DNA of 64,000 bases, from assembly GCA_966433195.1 (NCBI GenBank), contig CBJMVH010000021.1:1259-65258 (forward strand). The letters run 5' to 3'. The DNA is from an uncultured Ralstonia sp. (GTDB taxonomy: Bacteria > Pseudomonadota > Gammaproteobacteria > Burkholderiales > Burkholderiaceae). Of the stretch, positions 1 to 9,989 are shown piece by piece. Both the position numbers and the translations under genes were made by a program. The first letter of the stretch is position 1. Each line of letters begins with the position of its first letter. The notes beneath the pieces are model-generated. The model was not told where the DNA came from. It did not search any database and was given only the letters and a program-made list of their open reading frames with translations.

Positions 1-605
1 ATGTTGCAGAAGAGGGCGCCTTGCTCCTTCGCATCATCCAGCGCGATATGCGTGTGGGGTAGCGGGTCATGCCAGTGCGCCGGGAAGGCGGCCTTGACGT
101 TGCGTCGATACGGCAGCCCCGTCAGTGCGAAGGCCAGCGTCTTGATGTCGAGCGCCGCCCAGCCAAACGGCGAGCGCCCTGCAAAACGCATCATGTACCA
201 GAACATGAACGTGAAATCGAAGCCCGCCGGAAACGCCACGAACACCGGCTTGCCCGGCAGGCTCTCGACCCACTCCACGTAGCGCGGCAATGCCACGTCG
301 GGCGCTTCGAGGTTGCTGCGACACGCCGCCCAGGCCTCGGGCTGGGTTTGCCACCATTGCATCTGGATCGGGTGGCCTTCTGCACCGGGCAAGGTTTCCA
401 GGTTCGCTTCAAAGGTGCCGACGAGGGTCTTGTCCGCCAGATACGCCGCACTCGCGAAGCTCAGCATCGAATGCGGGCCGGGGATGGGGCCATCGGCTTC
501 GACGTCGGTGCTGACATAGATTTCGGGCCGCGTGTCGGGCGGCTGGTTGCCGCGCTTGCGGCGGGGCTTGTCTGCCGATGCGGTGGGCGCAGTGTCGTTG
601 CTCAT
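1..605 (-). CDS. DEDD-family 3'-5' exonuclease (Rv2179c-like), 3' end outside window
   Basis: Not in the ORF track; hand translation from ATG at 605 gives MSNDTAP...[12 protein letters not shown]...GFDFTF...[13 protein letters not shown] (DEDDh-type motifs). Start overlaps the upstream gene's stop (ATGA). Confidence 0.8.
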   Translation of the reverse strand, partial: MSNDTAPTASADKPRRKRGNQPPDTRPEIYVSTDVEADGPIPGPHSMLSFASAAYLADKTLVGTFEANLETLPGAEGHPIQMQWWQTQPEAWAACRSNLEAPDVALPRYVEWVESLPGKPVFVAFPAGFDFTFMFWYMMRFAGRSPFGWAALDIKTLAFALTGLPYRRNVKAAFPAHWHDPLPHTHIALDDAKEQGALFCN

Positions 606-1258
606 GCGCCGCCTTCGTTGGCAAACAGGCGATCAGCAACGTATGGATTGGTCGCACGCTCATCGCCGAAGGTGGACACCGGCCCATGCCCCGGCACAAA
701 CGTCACATCGTCCCCGAGCGGCCACAGCTTGGTGCGGATCGCGTGGATCAGGTCTGCATGGTTGCCACGCGGGAAATCCGTGCGGCCAATGGAGCCGGCA
801 AACAGCACGTCGCCGACGATGGCCATACGGTCTTCCGGGCTGAAGAAGACGACGTGGCCCGGCGTGTGGCCGGGGCAATGGAAGACCTGCAGCGTGCGGC
901 CCGCAGCTTGCACGGTATCGCCGTCTTCCAGCCAGCGGTCGGGCACGAACGCCTTGGCCGGCGGAAAGCCAAAGCGCTGGCTTTGCGTGGGCAGTTGATC
1001 GATCCAGAACGCTTCGTCCTTCTGCGGCCCTTCGATCGGCACGCCGAGCTGGGTGCGCAGTGCATCAGCGGCGGCGCAGTGGTCGACATGGCCGTGCGTG
1101 AGCAGGATCTTTTCGATGCGCGCGCCGTGTTGCTGGGCGGCCGCCAGGATGCGATCGATATCGCCACCCGGATCAGTGACGGCAGCCGCGCCATCGTCGC
1201 CGATCAGCAGCGTGCAGTTTTGTTCAAACGGCGTAACAGGAACGACGACGACTTTCAT
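602..1258 (-). CDS. MBL-fold metallo-hydrolase (YcbL/glyoxalase II-like)
   Basis: THGHVDH, HTPGH, GDVLF and PGHG metallo-beta-lactamase motifs. Confidence 0.92.
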   Translation of the reverse strand: MKVVVVPVTPFEQNCTLLIGDDGAAAVTDPGGDIDRILAAAQQHGARIEKILLTHGHVDHCAAADALRTQLGVPIEGPQKDEAFWIDQLPTQSQRFGFPPAKAFVPDRWLEDGDTVQAAGRTLQVFHCPGHTPGHVVFFSPEDRMAIVGDVLFAGSIGRTDFPRGNHADLIHAIRTKLWPLGDDVTFVPGHGPVSTFGDERATNPYVADRLFANEGGA

Positions 1259-1459
1259 GTGATGTTTTGCGCATATGTTGCGGAAAGAAGGACACGGCAA
1301 TTGTATCGGCCGGAGCCCGCGCCAGCATTGGGCTGGCGGCCTTTGCTGTTACATCGGAAAGAAAATATTACAAAATTGCCGCCAGATGACTGCATGATGC
1401 GGCTGTTTTAATAGGAAATGTAAATAGTCGGCGGAATCTTGCGTGGTAGACTCGCGCCC

Positions 1460-2188
1460 ATGCCAAAGTTGACCCACCCGTTCTCCCGCCTGCCGGCTGG
1501 CCGCTCCCTGCGTGCCTGGCTGACGCACGGCACCGCGCTGCTGGTGCTGGCGGGCTGTGCCGCCGTCCCCGGCGAGCCGCCCACGACGGGGCAAACCGGC
1601 CCGCAGGCCAACAAGCCCGCCGCACCCACCGCCAAACTCGCCGACCCGCGCGACAACCCCGATGCCTGGGGCACGCTGTCGTTCCGCGGCGTGCCGGAAT
1701 CCAGCGGCCTGAAGCTCGAAGACGCGAATACCGAGCCCGGCCTGCGCGCCGATCTGGGCACGTTCGAGCAGCGCGGCATGGCCTCGTGGTACGGCCGCGG
1801 CTTCCACGGCCGCCGCACCGCTAGCGGCGAGCGCTTCGATATGAACGCCTTCACGGTGGCGCACCCGTCGCTGCCGCTGCAGAGCTGGGTGCTGGTGCGT
1901 AATCTGTCCAACGACCGCGTGGTGGTTGCCAAGGTGACGGATCGCGGTCCGTACCACGGCAAGCGCATCCTCGATATGTCGTACGCCGCCGCCAAGCGGT
2001 TGGACTTCGTCAAGCGCGGTGCCACGCAGGTGGAGATCCGCCGACTGTCGCGCGCGGAAGTCGAAGCCCTGCGCCCCGAACTCACGCAAACGGATCTCGC
2101 CAGCAATGATGGCGACGCTGATGTGGGTGCCGATGAACCGGCACCGGTCAAGAAAGCCGTCAAGCATCGCGCGAAACGCCGCCGCTAA
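1460..2188 (+). CDS. rlpA: Septal ring lytic transglycosylase RlpA family lipoprotein
   Basis: Lipobox VLAGC; GMASWYG...TASGERFDMNAFTVAHPSLPL...VTDRGPY DPBB motif. Confidence 0.9.
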   Translation: MPKLTHPFSRLPAGRSLRAWLTHGTALLVLAGCAAVPGEPPTTGQTGPQANKPAAPTAKLADPRDNPDAWGTLSFRGVPESSGLKLEDANTEPGLRADLGTFEQRGMASWYGRGFHGRRTASGERFDMNAFTVAHPSLPLQSWVLVRNLSNDRVVVAKVTDRGPYHGKRILDMSYAAAKRLDFVKRGATQVEIRRLSRAEVEALRPELTQTDLASNDGDADVGADEPAPVKKAVKHRAKRRR

Positions 2189-2209
2189 ACGTGCGGCGGC
2201 TCACGCGCG

Positions 2210-3112
2210 TCAGTCCTTCCCTTCGTTTTTGAGCGCCAGCGCGCTCTGGTATAGCGCGTCAACGGGCGCGCCCGTAATCGCCCCGGCCAGTTTCGCCGCT
2301 CGCTTGGCAGGCAACTCGGCCAACAGCAGGCGCAGCACTTGGTCCGCCGCCATGGCTGTTGGTGCCGCATCGTGCGTGCCTGCGCCTTCCACCACCAGCA
2401 CGAATTCACCTTTGGCGTGGGTTGCATCAGCCGCCAACCAGGCCGGCGCATCGGCGGCGAGCAACACGACAATCTGCTCGAACAGCTTGGTCAACTCGCG
2501 GCCGATCAGGATGCGCCGCATCGGCAGGTGCTCGGCCAGCGCGGCGAGCGTGGCATCAATGCGGTGCGGCGCTTCGTACAACACCCATGCCGGCCCATGC
2601 GCTGCCCACTGGCGGATGGCCGTATCGCGCGCACCCGCTTTGGTGGGCAGAAAGCCGACGAAGGTGAATTGCCCATCCGACGTATCAAGCAGCTCGCCGG
2701 CAGCGCTGAGCGCCGTCACCACCGCGCTCGCACCCGGTAGCGGGATCACACGATGGCCGGCCGCACGCACCGCCTCGACGATGCGCGCCCCCGGGTCCGA
2801 CACCCCCGGCGTGCCGGCATCCGACGCATAAGCGATGCGCGCGCCCTGCGCCAGGCGCGCGACGATGCGCGCGGCGGCTTCGCGTTCGTTGTGTTCGTGC
2901 GCTGCCAGCATCGGCTTGTGCAGGCCCAGGCGGCCCAGCAACTGCCCGGTGTTGCGCGTGTCCTCGCAAGCCACCGCGTCCACCAGGCCGAGCACGTGGC
3001 GCGCGCGCAGGGACACGTCGGCGGCGTTCCCGATGGGGGTGGCCACCACATATAATGCGCCGGCGGGATAGTGCTGGTCGTGCGCCAGCAGGGTCCAGTC
3101 AGGATCACTCAC
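2210..3112 (-). CDS. rsmI: 16S rRNA (C1402-2'-O)-methyltransferase
   Basis: LYVVATPIGN, ACEDTR, SDAGTPGVSDPG, YEAPHR, RELTKLFE motifs; divergent from yraN. Confidence 0.95.
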   Translation of the reverse strand: MSDPDWTLLAHDQHYPAGALYVVATPIGNAADVSLRARHVLGLVDAVACEDTRNTGQLLGRLGLHKPMLAAHEHNEREAAARIVARLAQGARIAYASDAGTPGVSDPGARIVEAVRAAGHRVIPLPGASAVVTALSAAGELLDTSDGQFTFVGFLPTKAGARDTAIRQWAAHGPAWVLYEAPHRIDATLAALAEHLPMRRILIGRELTKLFEQIVVLLAADAPAWLAADATHAKGEFVLVVEGAGTHDAAPTAMAADQVLRLLLAELPAKRAAKLAGAITGAPVDALYQSALALKNEGKD

Positions 3113-3147
3113 GAGAACTTCTCTTAGTCAGTCGGTTCAAACCGCCA

Positions 3148-3540
3148 ATGCACGCGCCGCAGCCCGTACCTTCACAGCCCACCACCGCCATCACCGGAGA
3201 CGCCGGTGAAGACCGCGCGCTGCGTTATCTGCAAGCACGTGGGTTAGGCTTGGTCACCCGCAATTATCGCTGCAAGGGCGGCGAGATCGATCTGGTGATG
3301 CGCGATGCGGCCGGCGCGCTGGTATTCGTGGAAGTGCGCGCACGCGTGGCACGCTCCTCGCAACGCTTTGGCGGTGCCGCTGCCAGCGTCACGCCCGCCA
3401 AGCAGCGCCGCCTGATTGCCGCGGCCGAAGATTTTCTCGCACGGCAGGCCGACGATGTGCCCGCCTGCCGTTTTGACGTCATCGCCATTGACGGCAACCG
3501 CATCGAATGGATGCGCGATGCCTTTGGCGCGGATGCATGA
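3148..3540 (+). CDS. yraN: YraN/UPF0102 family protein
   Basis: NYRCKGGEIDLVM...VFVEVRAR...CRFDVIAI. Confidence 0.92.
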   Translation: MHAPQPVPSQPTTAITGDAGEDRALRYLQARGLGLVTRNYRCKGGEIDLVMRDAAGALVFVEVRARVARSSQRFGGAAASVTPAKQRRLIAAAEDFLARQADDVPACRFDVIAIDGNRIEWMRDAFGADA

Positions 3541-3580
3541 ACCTCGCTCTTCTCTCTTCCGGACTTCATTCAAGGACAGC

Positions 3581-4399
3581 ATGAAACTCTCGTCGCCACC
3601 GTCTGCCCGCCTCCACCACACGATCAAGCGTACCGTTGTGCTGGCCGCCCTGGCTGGCATCACCGCCACGCAGTTGACCGCGTGCTTCCCGCTGTTTGCC
3701 GGCGCCGTGGCCGGTGGCGTAGCACTGGCCACCGACCGCCGCCCGACCGCCACGCAGACCATCGACCGCGGCTTGCAGATGGAAGCCGAAAACACGCTGA
3801 TCTCGCGCTACGACGGTCGCGCGCACGTCAACGTGACGGTCTACAACCGCAAGGTGCTACTCACCGGCGAGGCCGGCACCGAGCAGACCAAGCAGGAGAT
3901 CGGCCAGTACGCGCAAAAGCTGCAGAACGCGCGTGAGGTCGTCAACGAGATCGTGGTGACGCCGATGTCGAGCACGTTCGGCTCGCGCACCAACGACACC
4001 TACATCACCACCAAGGTGAAGAGCGTGCTGGCCGGCACGGAAGGCGTGCCCTGGAACTCCATCAAGGTGACGACCGAAGCGCAGACCGTCTTCCTGATGG
4101 GCGTGGTGACCGAAGCCGAAGGCAACAAGGCCACCGAAGCGGTGCGCACCGTGGGCGGCGTGAACAAGGTGGTGAAGGTGTTCGACTACGTGAGCGAAGA
4201 CGAGCGCAAGCGCCTGGACACCAATGCCACGTCGACCAACCCTTCGACGACGCCCGATGCATCGCAAGGCACGCCGGCACCGGTACAAGGTACGCCGACG
4301 GCCACCCAGGCACCGGCACCCGTGACGTCGGCATCGCCGGGGGTGACAGTGTCGCCGACTACCTCGCCGGCGCTGCCGCCGGGCAAGCAGTTGCCGTAA
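3581..4399 (+). CDS. BON-domain lipoprotein (YraP/DolP-like) with Pro/Thr/Ala-rich C-terminal tail
   Basis: Lipobox-like QLTAC; two BON-like repeats (VLLTGEA; DTYITTKVKS...VFLMGVV). Confidence 0.88.
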   Translation: MKLSSPPSARLHHTIKRTVVLAALAGITATQLTACFPLFAGAVAGGVALATDRRPTATQTIDRGLQMEAENTLISRYDGRAHVNVTVYNRKVLLTGEAGTEQTKQEIGQYAQKLQNAREVVNEIVVTPMSSTFGSRTNDTYITTKVKSVLAGTEGVPWNSIKVTTEAQTVFLMGVVTEAEGNKATEAVRTVGGVNKVVKVFDYVSEDERKRLDTNATSTNPSTTPDASQGTPAPVQGTPTATQAPAPVTSASPGVTVSPTTSPALPPGKQLP

Positions 4400-4427
4400 A
4401 GCACGTCGGCTCTTTCGCCGCACAAAG

Positions 4428-4453
4428 AACGCAGCCACCGCGCTGCGTTTTTT
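4428..4453 (+). terminator. Rho-independent terminator after BON gene
   Basis: aacgcagc-caccgc-gctgcgtt followed by T run. Confidence 0.7.
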
Positions 4454-4508
4454 GTTGCCCGCGCGGGCGTGGTAGCGTATGCCGCTCTCACGACTTCGCA
4501 GCCCCCCA

Positions 4509-4853
4509 ATGCCCGTCGTTCATCGTTGCCTTGCCGCAGCCTGGCCTGCGGTGTTCCTGCTCGGCGTCGCCCATGCGGCCGAGGCGCCGCCCTCCAATGC
4601 ACAAGCCCGCACCTGGGCCGCATCCTGCGCGAGCTGCCATCACGCAGATACGGCGCCCGGGGCCAAGCTGGCCGCGCAGACCTTGCCATCGCTCGCCGGC
4701 CGCTCGCAGGCCGAGCTGATCGACGCGCTGCAGGCGTTTCGCAACGGCACGCGTCCCTCCACGGTGATGGGCCAGATCGCACGCGGTTACGACGATGCGC
4801 AGATCGCGGCCATTGCCGGCTGGTTGTCGCGCCAACAGCAGGTGGCCCCATGA
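4509..4853 (+). CDS. Monoheme c-type cytochrome (FccA-like subunit of flavocytochrome c)
   Basis: Signal peptide, CASCH heme motif, TVMGQIARG axial Met; overlaps next gene (ATGA). Start codon choice uncertain. Confidence 0.85.
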   Translation: MPVVHRCLAAAWPAVFLLGVAHAAEAPPSNAQARTWAASCASCHHADTAPGAKLAAQTLPSLAGRSQAELIDALQAFRNGTRPSTVMGQIARGYDDAQIAAIAGWLSRQQQVAP

Positions 4854-6145
4854 GCGAATCGCAACTGCACACGAATCGGCGCGCCATGCTGCGCGCGCTG
4901 GGCGCCACCGCACTGGTGGGCCCGCTGGCTGCCTGCGCATCGCTGTCGGGCATGCGCAATGCGCGTGTGGTGGTGGTCGGCGGCGGTTATGGCGGCGCCA
5001 CCGCGGCGAAGTACGTGCGGGTGTTTTCCGGCGGCCGTGTCGACGTGACGCTGGTGGAGCCGAATGCCGCGTTCGTCTCGTGCCCGCTGTCGAATCTCGT
5101 GCTGTCGGGCGATCGGGACATGGCGTCGATCACGGTGCCGTACGACGCGCTGGTGGAGCGCCACGGCGTGCGCTGGGTGCGCGATCGTGCCTCGGCCATC
5201 GACATCGACGCAAAACAGGTGCGGCTGGCCGGCGGTGGTGTGCTCGATTACGACCGGCTCATCCTCTCGCCCGGCATCGACTTTGTGCCGGGCGCCATCC
5301 CGGGTCTGGCCAATGCGGCTACCGCTGCGCAGGCGCCGCACGCGTGGAAGGCTGGCACGCAGACGCTCGCGCTGCGCCATCGGCTCGAAGCCATGCCCAA
5401 TGGCGGCACGGTGGCGATCAGCATTCCCCTGGCGCCGTACCGCTGCCCGCCCGCGCCGTACGAGCGCGCCTGCCTGATCGCCCACTGGCTGCAGCGCGCC
5501 AAGCCGGATTCACGCGTGCTCATCCTTGATGCCAATGACGACGTGACCTCCAAGGGCGCACTGTTCAAGCGCGTGTGGGCGCAACGTTATCCACAGCACA
5601 TCGAATATCGGCCGCAATACAACGCCGTCGATATCGATGCCACCGGCCGCGTGCTCAAGTTCGATGTGCAGGACGACGTGCAGGCGGATGTGGTCAACCT
5701 CATCCCCCCGCAGCGCGCCGGGGCCATTGCCGTGCAGGCTGGGCTGGCGACGGCCAACGGGCGCTGGTGCGAGGTGGATTTCCTCTCATTCGAATCGAAG
5801 GTGGCACCGGGCGTGCATGTGATTGGCGATGCCATCCAGACCGCGCCGCTGATGCCCAAGTCGGGCCACATGGCCAATCAGCACGGCAAGGTGGCCGCTG
5901 CCGCCGTGGTGACGATGCTCGCTGGCCACGCGCCCGATGCGCACCCGCTGTACGCCAACACTTGCTACAGCTTCACCGCGCCAGACGAGGCGATGCATGT
6001 GGCCACCGTCCACCGCTACGACGCGGCCGAGCACACCATGGTGACCGTGCCGGGGGCCGGGGGGCTCTCCGATGCGCCGTCCGCCGCCGAGGGCAAGCTG
6101 GCACAGGGCTGGAGTCGCGCGATCTGGTCCGACATGCTCGGCTAG
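4850..6145 (+). CDS. fccB: Flavocytochrome c sulfide dehydrogenase flavoprotein (FccB/SoxF-like)
   Basis: Tat signal RRAMLRALG, VVVGGGYGG FAD motif, YRCPPAPYER, C-terminal NTCYS. Confidence 0.88.
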   Translation: MSESQLHTNRRAMLRALGATALVGPLAACASLSGMRNARVVVVGGGYGGATAAKYVRVFSGGRVDVTLVEPNAAFVSCPLSNLVLSGDRDMASITVPYDALVERHGVRWVRDRASAIDIDAKQVRLAGGGVLDYDRLILSPGIDFVPGAIPGLANAATAAQAPHAWKAGTQTLALRHRLEAMPNGGTVAISIPLAPYRCPPAPYERACLIAHWLQRAKPDSRVLILDANDDVTSKGALFKRVWAQRYPQHIEYRPQYNAVDIDATGRVLKFDVQDDVQADVVNLIPPQRAGAIAVQAGLATANGRWCEVDFLSFESKVAPGVHVIGDAIQTAPLMPKSGHMANQHGKVAAAAVVTMLAGHAPDAHPLYANTCYSFTAPDEAMHVATVHRYDAAEHTMVTVPGAGGLSDAPSAAEGKLAQGWSRAIWSDMLG

Positions 6146-6263
6146 GCACGCCGGTTCCTGGGCGGCACGAACAATGCGCAAGATTGTGCAAGTCGCCCCG
6201 CCCGCACGCGCCTAGAGTGCGTCAGAAGGCCGCGCGGGCGGCCGTCTGACTTTGCCAATCATC

Positions 6264-7151
6264 ATGTCTCCCAAGGATCTGCTGCTGGCCCTGCTCGTCG
6301 TGCTGGTGTGGGGCGTCAACTTCGTCGTCATCAAGGTGGGCCTGCACGGTGTGCCGCCCATGCTGCTGGGTGCGCTGCGCTTTGCGCTGGTCGCGTTTCC
6401 GGCCGTGCTGTTTGTGCCGCGCCCGAAGATTCCGCTCAAGTGGCTGCTGGCGTACGGCGCCACCATCAGCTTCGGCCAGTTCGCGTTCCTGTTCTCGGCC
6501 ATGTATGTGGGCATGCCGGCGGGGCTGGCCTCGCTGGTGCTGCAGTCGCAAGCGTTCTTTACGCTGACGATTGCCGCCATCGTGCTGCGCGAGCCGATCC
6601 GCTGGTTCCACCTGGCGGGCATGGCGGTGGCGGCGTGCGGGCTGGGCATCATCGGCATGGCCGGCAATGCTTCGGCGACGGGCATGACCACGGCCGGTTT
6701 CCTGCTGACGCTGTGCGCGGCGCTCTCGTGGGCCAGCGGCAACATCGTCACCAAGCGCGTGGGGCCGGTGAACGTGGTCAGCCTGGTGGTGTGGGGTGCG
6801 GTCATCCCGCCGATTCCGTTTGCGTTGCTGTCGCTCTGGCTGGAGGGGCCGGAGCAGATCGCGCACAGCCTGGCGGACATCAGCGCGTCGAGCATTGGCG
6901 CGATCGTCTACCTGTCGTTTGGCGCCACCATCTTCGGCTACAGCCTGTGGAGCAAGTTGCTGGCGCGCTATGCGGCCAGCCGCGTGGCGCCGCTGTCATT
7001 GCTGGTGCCGGTGGTGGGGCTGGTGTCGGCGGCCGTGCTGCTGGGCGAGCGACTGGCGCCCGCGCAATGGCTGGGCGGCGCCGTGGTGATGGGCGGCTTG
7101 CTGTTGAACGTATTCGGCGGCCGGCTGGCAGCGCGCCGGGCGATGGCCTGA
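6264..7151 (+). CDS. EamA/DMT family transporter (O-acetylserine/cysteine exporter-like)
   Basis: LVWGVNFVVIKVGL start, about 10 hydrophobic helices, two EamA repeats. Confidence 0.9.
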   Translation: MSPKDLLLALLVVLVWGVNFVVIKVGLHGVPPMLLGALRFALVAFPAVLFVPRPKIPLKWLLAYGATISFGQFAFLFSAMYVGMPAGLASLVLQSQAFFTLTIAAIVLREPIRWFHLAGMAVAACGLGIIGMAGNASATGMTTAGFLLTLCAALSWASGNIVTKRVGPVNVVSLVVWGAVIPPIPFALLSLWLEGPEQIAHSLADISASSIGAIVYLSFGATIFGYSLWSKLLARYAASRVAPLSLLVPVVGLVSAAVLLGERLAPAQWLGGAVVMGGLLLNVFGGRLAARRAMA

Positions 7152-7228
7152 ATCCAAGCGCCGGCGTTGGACCTCAAACACGCAACGTTGACCCTCGCAG
7201 GGTTCACGCATGCCCCAAATAGGGGCAT

Positions 7229-7390
7229 CGCTGCTGAAAAAAGCATCAACGCCGGAGCAAAAAGACCCACCGATGCACCTCCCGAGCCGCAACGCTGCTG
7301 CTTTTTTATGCAGCGGTGCCGCTTTTTTATGCAGCGACGACTGTCCAAGCCTCGACGTTGAAGCTTTTAGCCTCAACGCCGAGGCTTTTT
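7229..7390. repeat. Cluster of 21-bp-period repeats and an inverted copy upstream of the sox operon
   Basis: gcttttttatgcagcg at 7300-7315 and 7321-7336; inverted 14/16 copy at 7229-7244; second 21-bp tandem pair at 7349-7369 and 7370-7390 (16/21 identical). Confidence 0.8.
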
Positions 7391-7506
7391 GCTACACGCG
7401 TGGCTGTCTGACCCGCGCCAGCGAGCCTCGTCGAAGCGCTTGGGGCACAATATCGGCGCAAGCGGCCCGCAACGACACGCGGGCCGCCCCATTTTCCGGA
7501 GACCCC

Positions 7507-7854
7507 ATGAAGTTCGCCCCCACGCTCGCCGCAGGCGCCGTGCTGGCCGGCCTGGCACTGTCCGCCACGCCCGCGCTGGCCGCCGTTGATGCTGCCCGCG
7601 CGCAGTCCCTCGCCAACCAGAACGCCTGCATGGGCTGCCACGCTGTCGACCGCAAGCTCGTCGGCCCGGCTTACAAGGATGTCGCCGCCAAATACAACGG
7701 CGATGCCGGCGCCGAAGCCAAGCTGATCAAGAAAGTGCGCGAGGGCGGCATGGGCAACTGGGGCCAGATTCCGATGCCGGCCAACCCCAAGATCTCCGAT
7801 GCCGACTTGAAAACCGTGATCGACTGGGTGCTCGCAGGCGCCCCGGCCAAGTGA
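7507..7854 (+). CDS. Cytochrome c551/c552-type c-type cytochrome
   Basis: Signal peptide, CMGCH, KLVGPAY, WGQIPMP. Confidence 0.92.
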   Translation: MKFAPTLAAGAVLAGLALSATPALAAVDAARAQSLANQNACMGCHAVDRKLVGPAYKDVAAKYNGDAGAEAKLIKKVREGGMGNWGQIPMPANPKISDADLKTVIDWVLAGAPAK

Positions 7855-7864
7855 GGGCAGGGCG

Positions 7865-8335
7865 ATGAGCGATTCGATCAACGTGACGCGCCGTGATGTG
7901 CTGCGCGCGGGCGCCATGATGGCGCTGCTGGTGTCTGCCGGCATTGCCACGCCCGCGCAGGCGGCCGAGTGGAACAAGACCGCCTTCAGCATCAAGGGCG
8001 TGAATGACGTGCTCAAGCAACTGGGCGGCGGCGCGGTCGACAAGGGTGGCGCAGGCGTGCACCTGACCGCTCCGGACATTGCCGAAAATGGCGCCGTGGT
8101 GCCGCTGGTGGTGACCAGCACGCTGCCGGGCACCGACATGATCGCCATCCTGGTGGAAAAGAACCCGAATACGCTGGCCGCCACGTTTGGCATTCCCGCC
8201 GGCACCGAGCCGTTCGTGAGCACGCGCGTGAAGATGGGCGAGACGTCCGTCGTCTACGCCGCCGTGCGCGCCAACGGCAAGTGGGTGCTGGCAAGCAAGG
8301 AAGTGAAAGTTACGCTCGGCGGCTGCGGCGGCTGA
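7865..8335 (+). CDS. soxY: Sulfur carrier SoxY
   Basis: Tat signal, APDIAENGAVVP, C-terminal VTLGGCGG swinging arm. Confidence 0.97.
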   Translation: MSDSINVTRRDVLRAGAMMALLVSAGIATPAQAAEWNKTAFSIKGVNDVLKQLGGGAVDKGGAGVHLTAPDIAENGAVVPLVVTSTLPGTDMIAILVEKNPNTLAATFGIPAGTEPFVSTRVKMGETSVVYAAVRANGKWVLASKEVKVTLGGCGG

Positions 8336-8356
8336 ACATCAGGAAAGGAGCACACC

Positions 8357-8668
8357 ATGGCAGACCCAATGCGCATTCGCGCAATGGAAAACGGCGGCAC
8401 GACCGACGTGAAGATCCTGATGAAGCACGACATGGAAACCGGCCAGCGCAAGGACGCCGCCGGCAAGCTCGTGCCCGCCTGGCACATCACTAACGTGACG
8501 GTGCAGCACAACGGCAAGACGGTGCTGGACGCGCAGTTCGGCACGGCTGTGTCGAAAGATCCGTTCCTCAATATCAAGTTCAAGGGCGGCGCCAAGGGCG
8601 ACAAGGTGAAGGTCACCTGGGTCGACAACCACGGCGACACGCGCACCGACGAAACCGCAATCCAGTAA
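8357..8668 (+). CDS. soxZ: Sulfur carrier partner SoxZ
   Basis: HDMETGQRKD...AVSKDPF...WVDNHG; follows soxY. Confidence 0.96.
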   Translation: MADPMRIRAMENGGTTDVKILMKHDMETGQRKDAAGKLVPAWHITNVTVQHNGKTVLDAQFGTAVSKDPFLNIKFKGGAKGDKVKVTWVDNHGDTRTDETAIQ

Positions 8669-8683
8669 GCCCAGGAGGCCGAG

Positions 8684-9139
8684 ATGCGGCGCAGCTTCTT
8701 TCGTGTGACCGCCGCGCTGGCGGCACTGGGCGTGGCGGGCAAGGCTGCTGCGCAGAATGCCCCGCGCGCGGGTGGTGCGGGTGCCCGCTACAAGGTGGTC
8801 TACCAACTGAGCGAAGGCATCGACCAGGCGGTGCGCGCGATCGGCAACCTGCGCAATCATCTCAACGGCGCACCCGGCACGAAGATCGTGGTGGTGGCGT
8901 TTGGGCACGGCATCGACTTCCTCGTCGAAGGGGCCAAGGACGCGCAGGGCCGCACGTTTGATGCGCCCGTCGCCGCGCTGGCCAGCATGGGCGTGGAGTT
9001 TCGCGTGTGCCACAACTCGCTGATGGCCTTCAAGGTGCCGGAAGACAAGCTGCTGCTCGAAGCCAAGGTGGTGCCCGCCGGCGTGGTGGAAGTCACCCGC
9101 CTGCAGCAGGAAGAAGGTTTCGCCTACCTCAAACCGTAG
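8684..9139 (+). CDS. DsrE/DsrF-like family protein (exported)
   Basis: KVVYQLSEG...NLRNHL...FRVCHNS...QEEGFAYLKP; N-terminal RR signal-like sequence. Confidence 0.82.
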   Translation: MRRSFFRVTAALAALGVAGKAAAQNAPRAGGAGARYKVVYQLSEGIDQAVRAIGNLRNHLNGAPGTKIVVVAFGHGIDFLVEGAKDAQGRTFDAPVAALASMGVEFRVCHNSLMAFKVPEDKLLLEAKVVPAGVVEVTRLQQEEGFAYLKP

Positions 9140-9155
9140 GCGACCCACGGAGGGG

Positions 9156-9989
9156 ATGGTGAAACGCACCAAACGAATCGTCGCGCTGGCTGCGGCGCTG
9201 GCGGCCGGCATTGCCCTGGTGGCAAATGCGCAGGACGCCAAAGACCAGAAAGACAGCACCGCCGCAGGCATCGCGCAGTACCGCGAGATGCTGGCCGACG
9301 GCAACCCGGCCGAGCTCTGGGAAGCCGCCGGGGAAGAACTCTGGAAAAAGCCCGCCGGCCCGAAACAAGCGTCGCTCGAAGCATGCGACCTGGGCCTCGG
9401 CCCCGGCGTGGTGAAGGGCGCGTACGCCAAGCTGCCGCGCTTCTTCAAGGACACCAGCCGCGTGATGGACGCTGAACAGCGCCTCATGTACTGCCGCATG
9501 ACGCTGCAGGGGCTGACGAAGGAGCAGGCGTCGGCCAACCCGTTCTCGTCGCCGGGCAAGCCATCGGAGATTGAACGGCTGATGGCGTACATCACCTCGG
9601 AATCGCGCGGCGCGGCCATCGACATTCCGCTCGCGCACCCCGAAGAAAAGCGCACGTACGAACTCGGCCGCCGCATGTTCTTCTACCGTGGCGGCGCGTA
9701 CGACTTTGCCTGCGCCACGTGCCATGCCCAGCCGGGTTTGCGCATCCGCTTGCAGGAACTGCCTGATCTGCTGACGGCAGAGGGCGCGCGGTTTGCGTAT
9801 TCCACGTGGCCGGGCTATCGCGTCTCGCAAGGCGAGGTGCGCACGATGCAGCACCGCCTGTACGACTGCCTGCGCCAGCAGCGCTTTCCGGAGCCGCTCT
9901 ACGGCAGCGAGGTGATTACCGCGCTGGAGCTGTTCCTCGCCCGCAATGCCAACGGCGGCAAGATGGACGCGCCGTCGATTAAACGATGA
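9156..9989 (+). CDS. soxA: SoxAX cytochrome complex subunit A (single CxxCH)
   Basis: CATCH heme motif, WPGYRVSQGEVRTMQHRLYDCLRQQR. Confidence 0.95.
   Translation: MVKRTKRIVALAAALAAGIALVANAQDAKDQKDSTAAGIAQYREMLADGNPAELWEAAGEELWKKPAGPKQASLEACDLGLGPGVVKGAYAKLPRFFKDTSRVMDAEQRLMYCRMTLQGLTKEQASANPFSSPGKPSEIERLMAYITSESRGAAIDIPLAHPEEKRTYELGRRMFFYRGGAYDFACATCHAQPGLRIRLQELPDLLTAEGARFAYSTWPGYRVSQGEVRTMQHRLYDCLRQQRFPEPLYGSEVITALELFLARNANGGKMDAPSIKR

Noticed and set aside
40-75. Suspected frameshift in the C-run near the exonuclease C-terminus
   Set aside because: Recounting shows four G on the + strand; the frame reads [11 protein letters not shown] without interruption.
7210-7506. 99-aa N-terminal extension of the cytochrome c ORF in the track
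   Set aside because: The signal peptide begins at M7507; the extension is most simply open-frame intergenic repeat DNA. It is noted only as part of the repeat finding.
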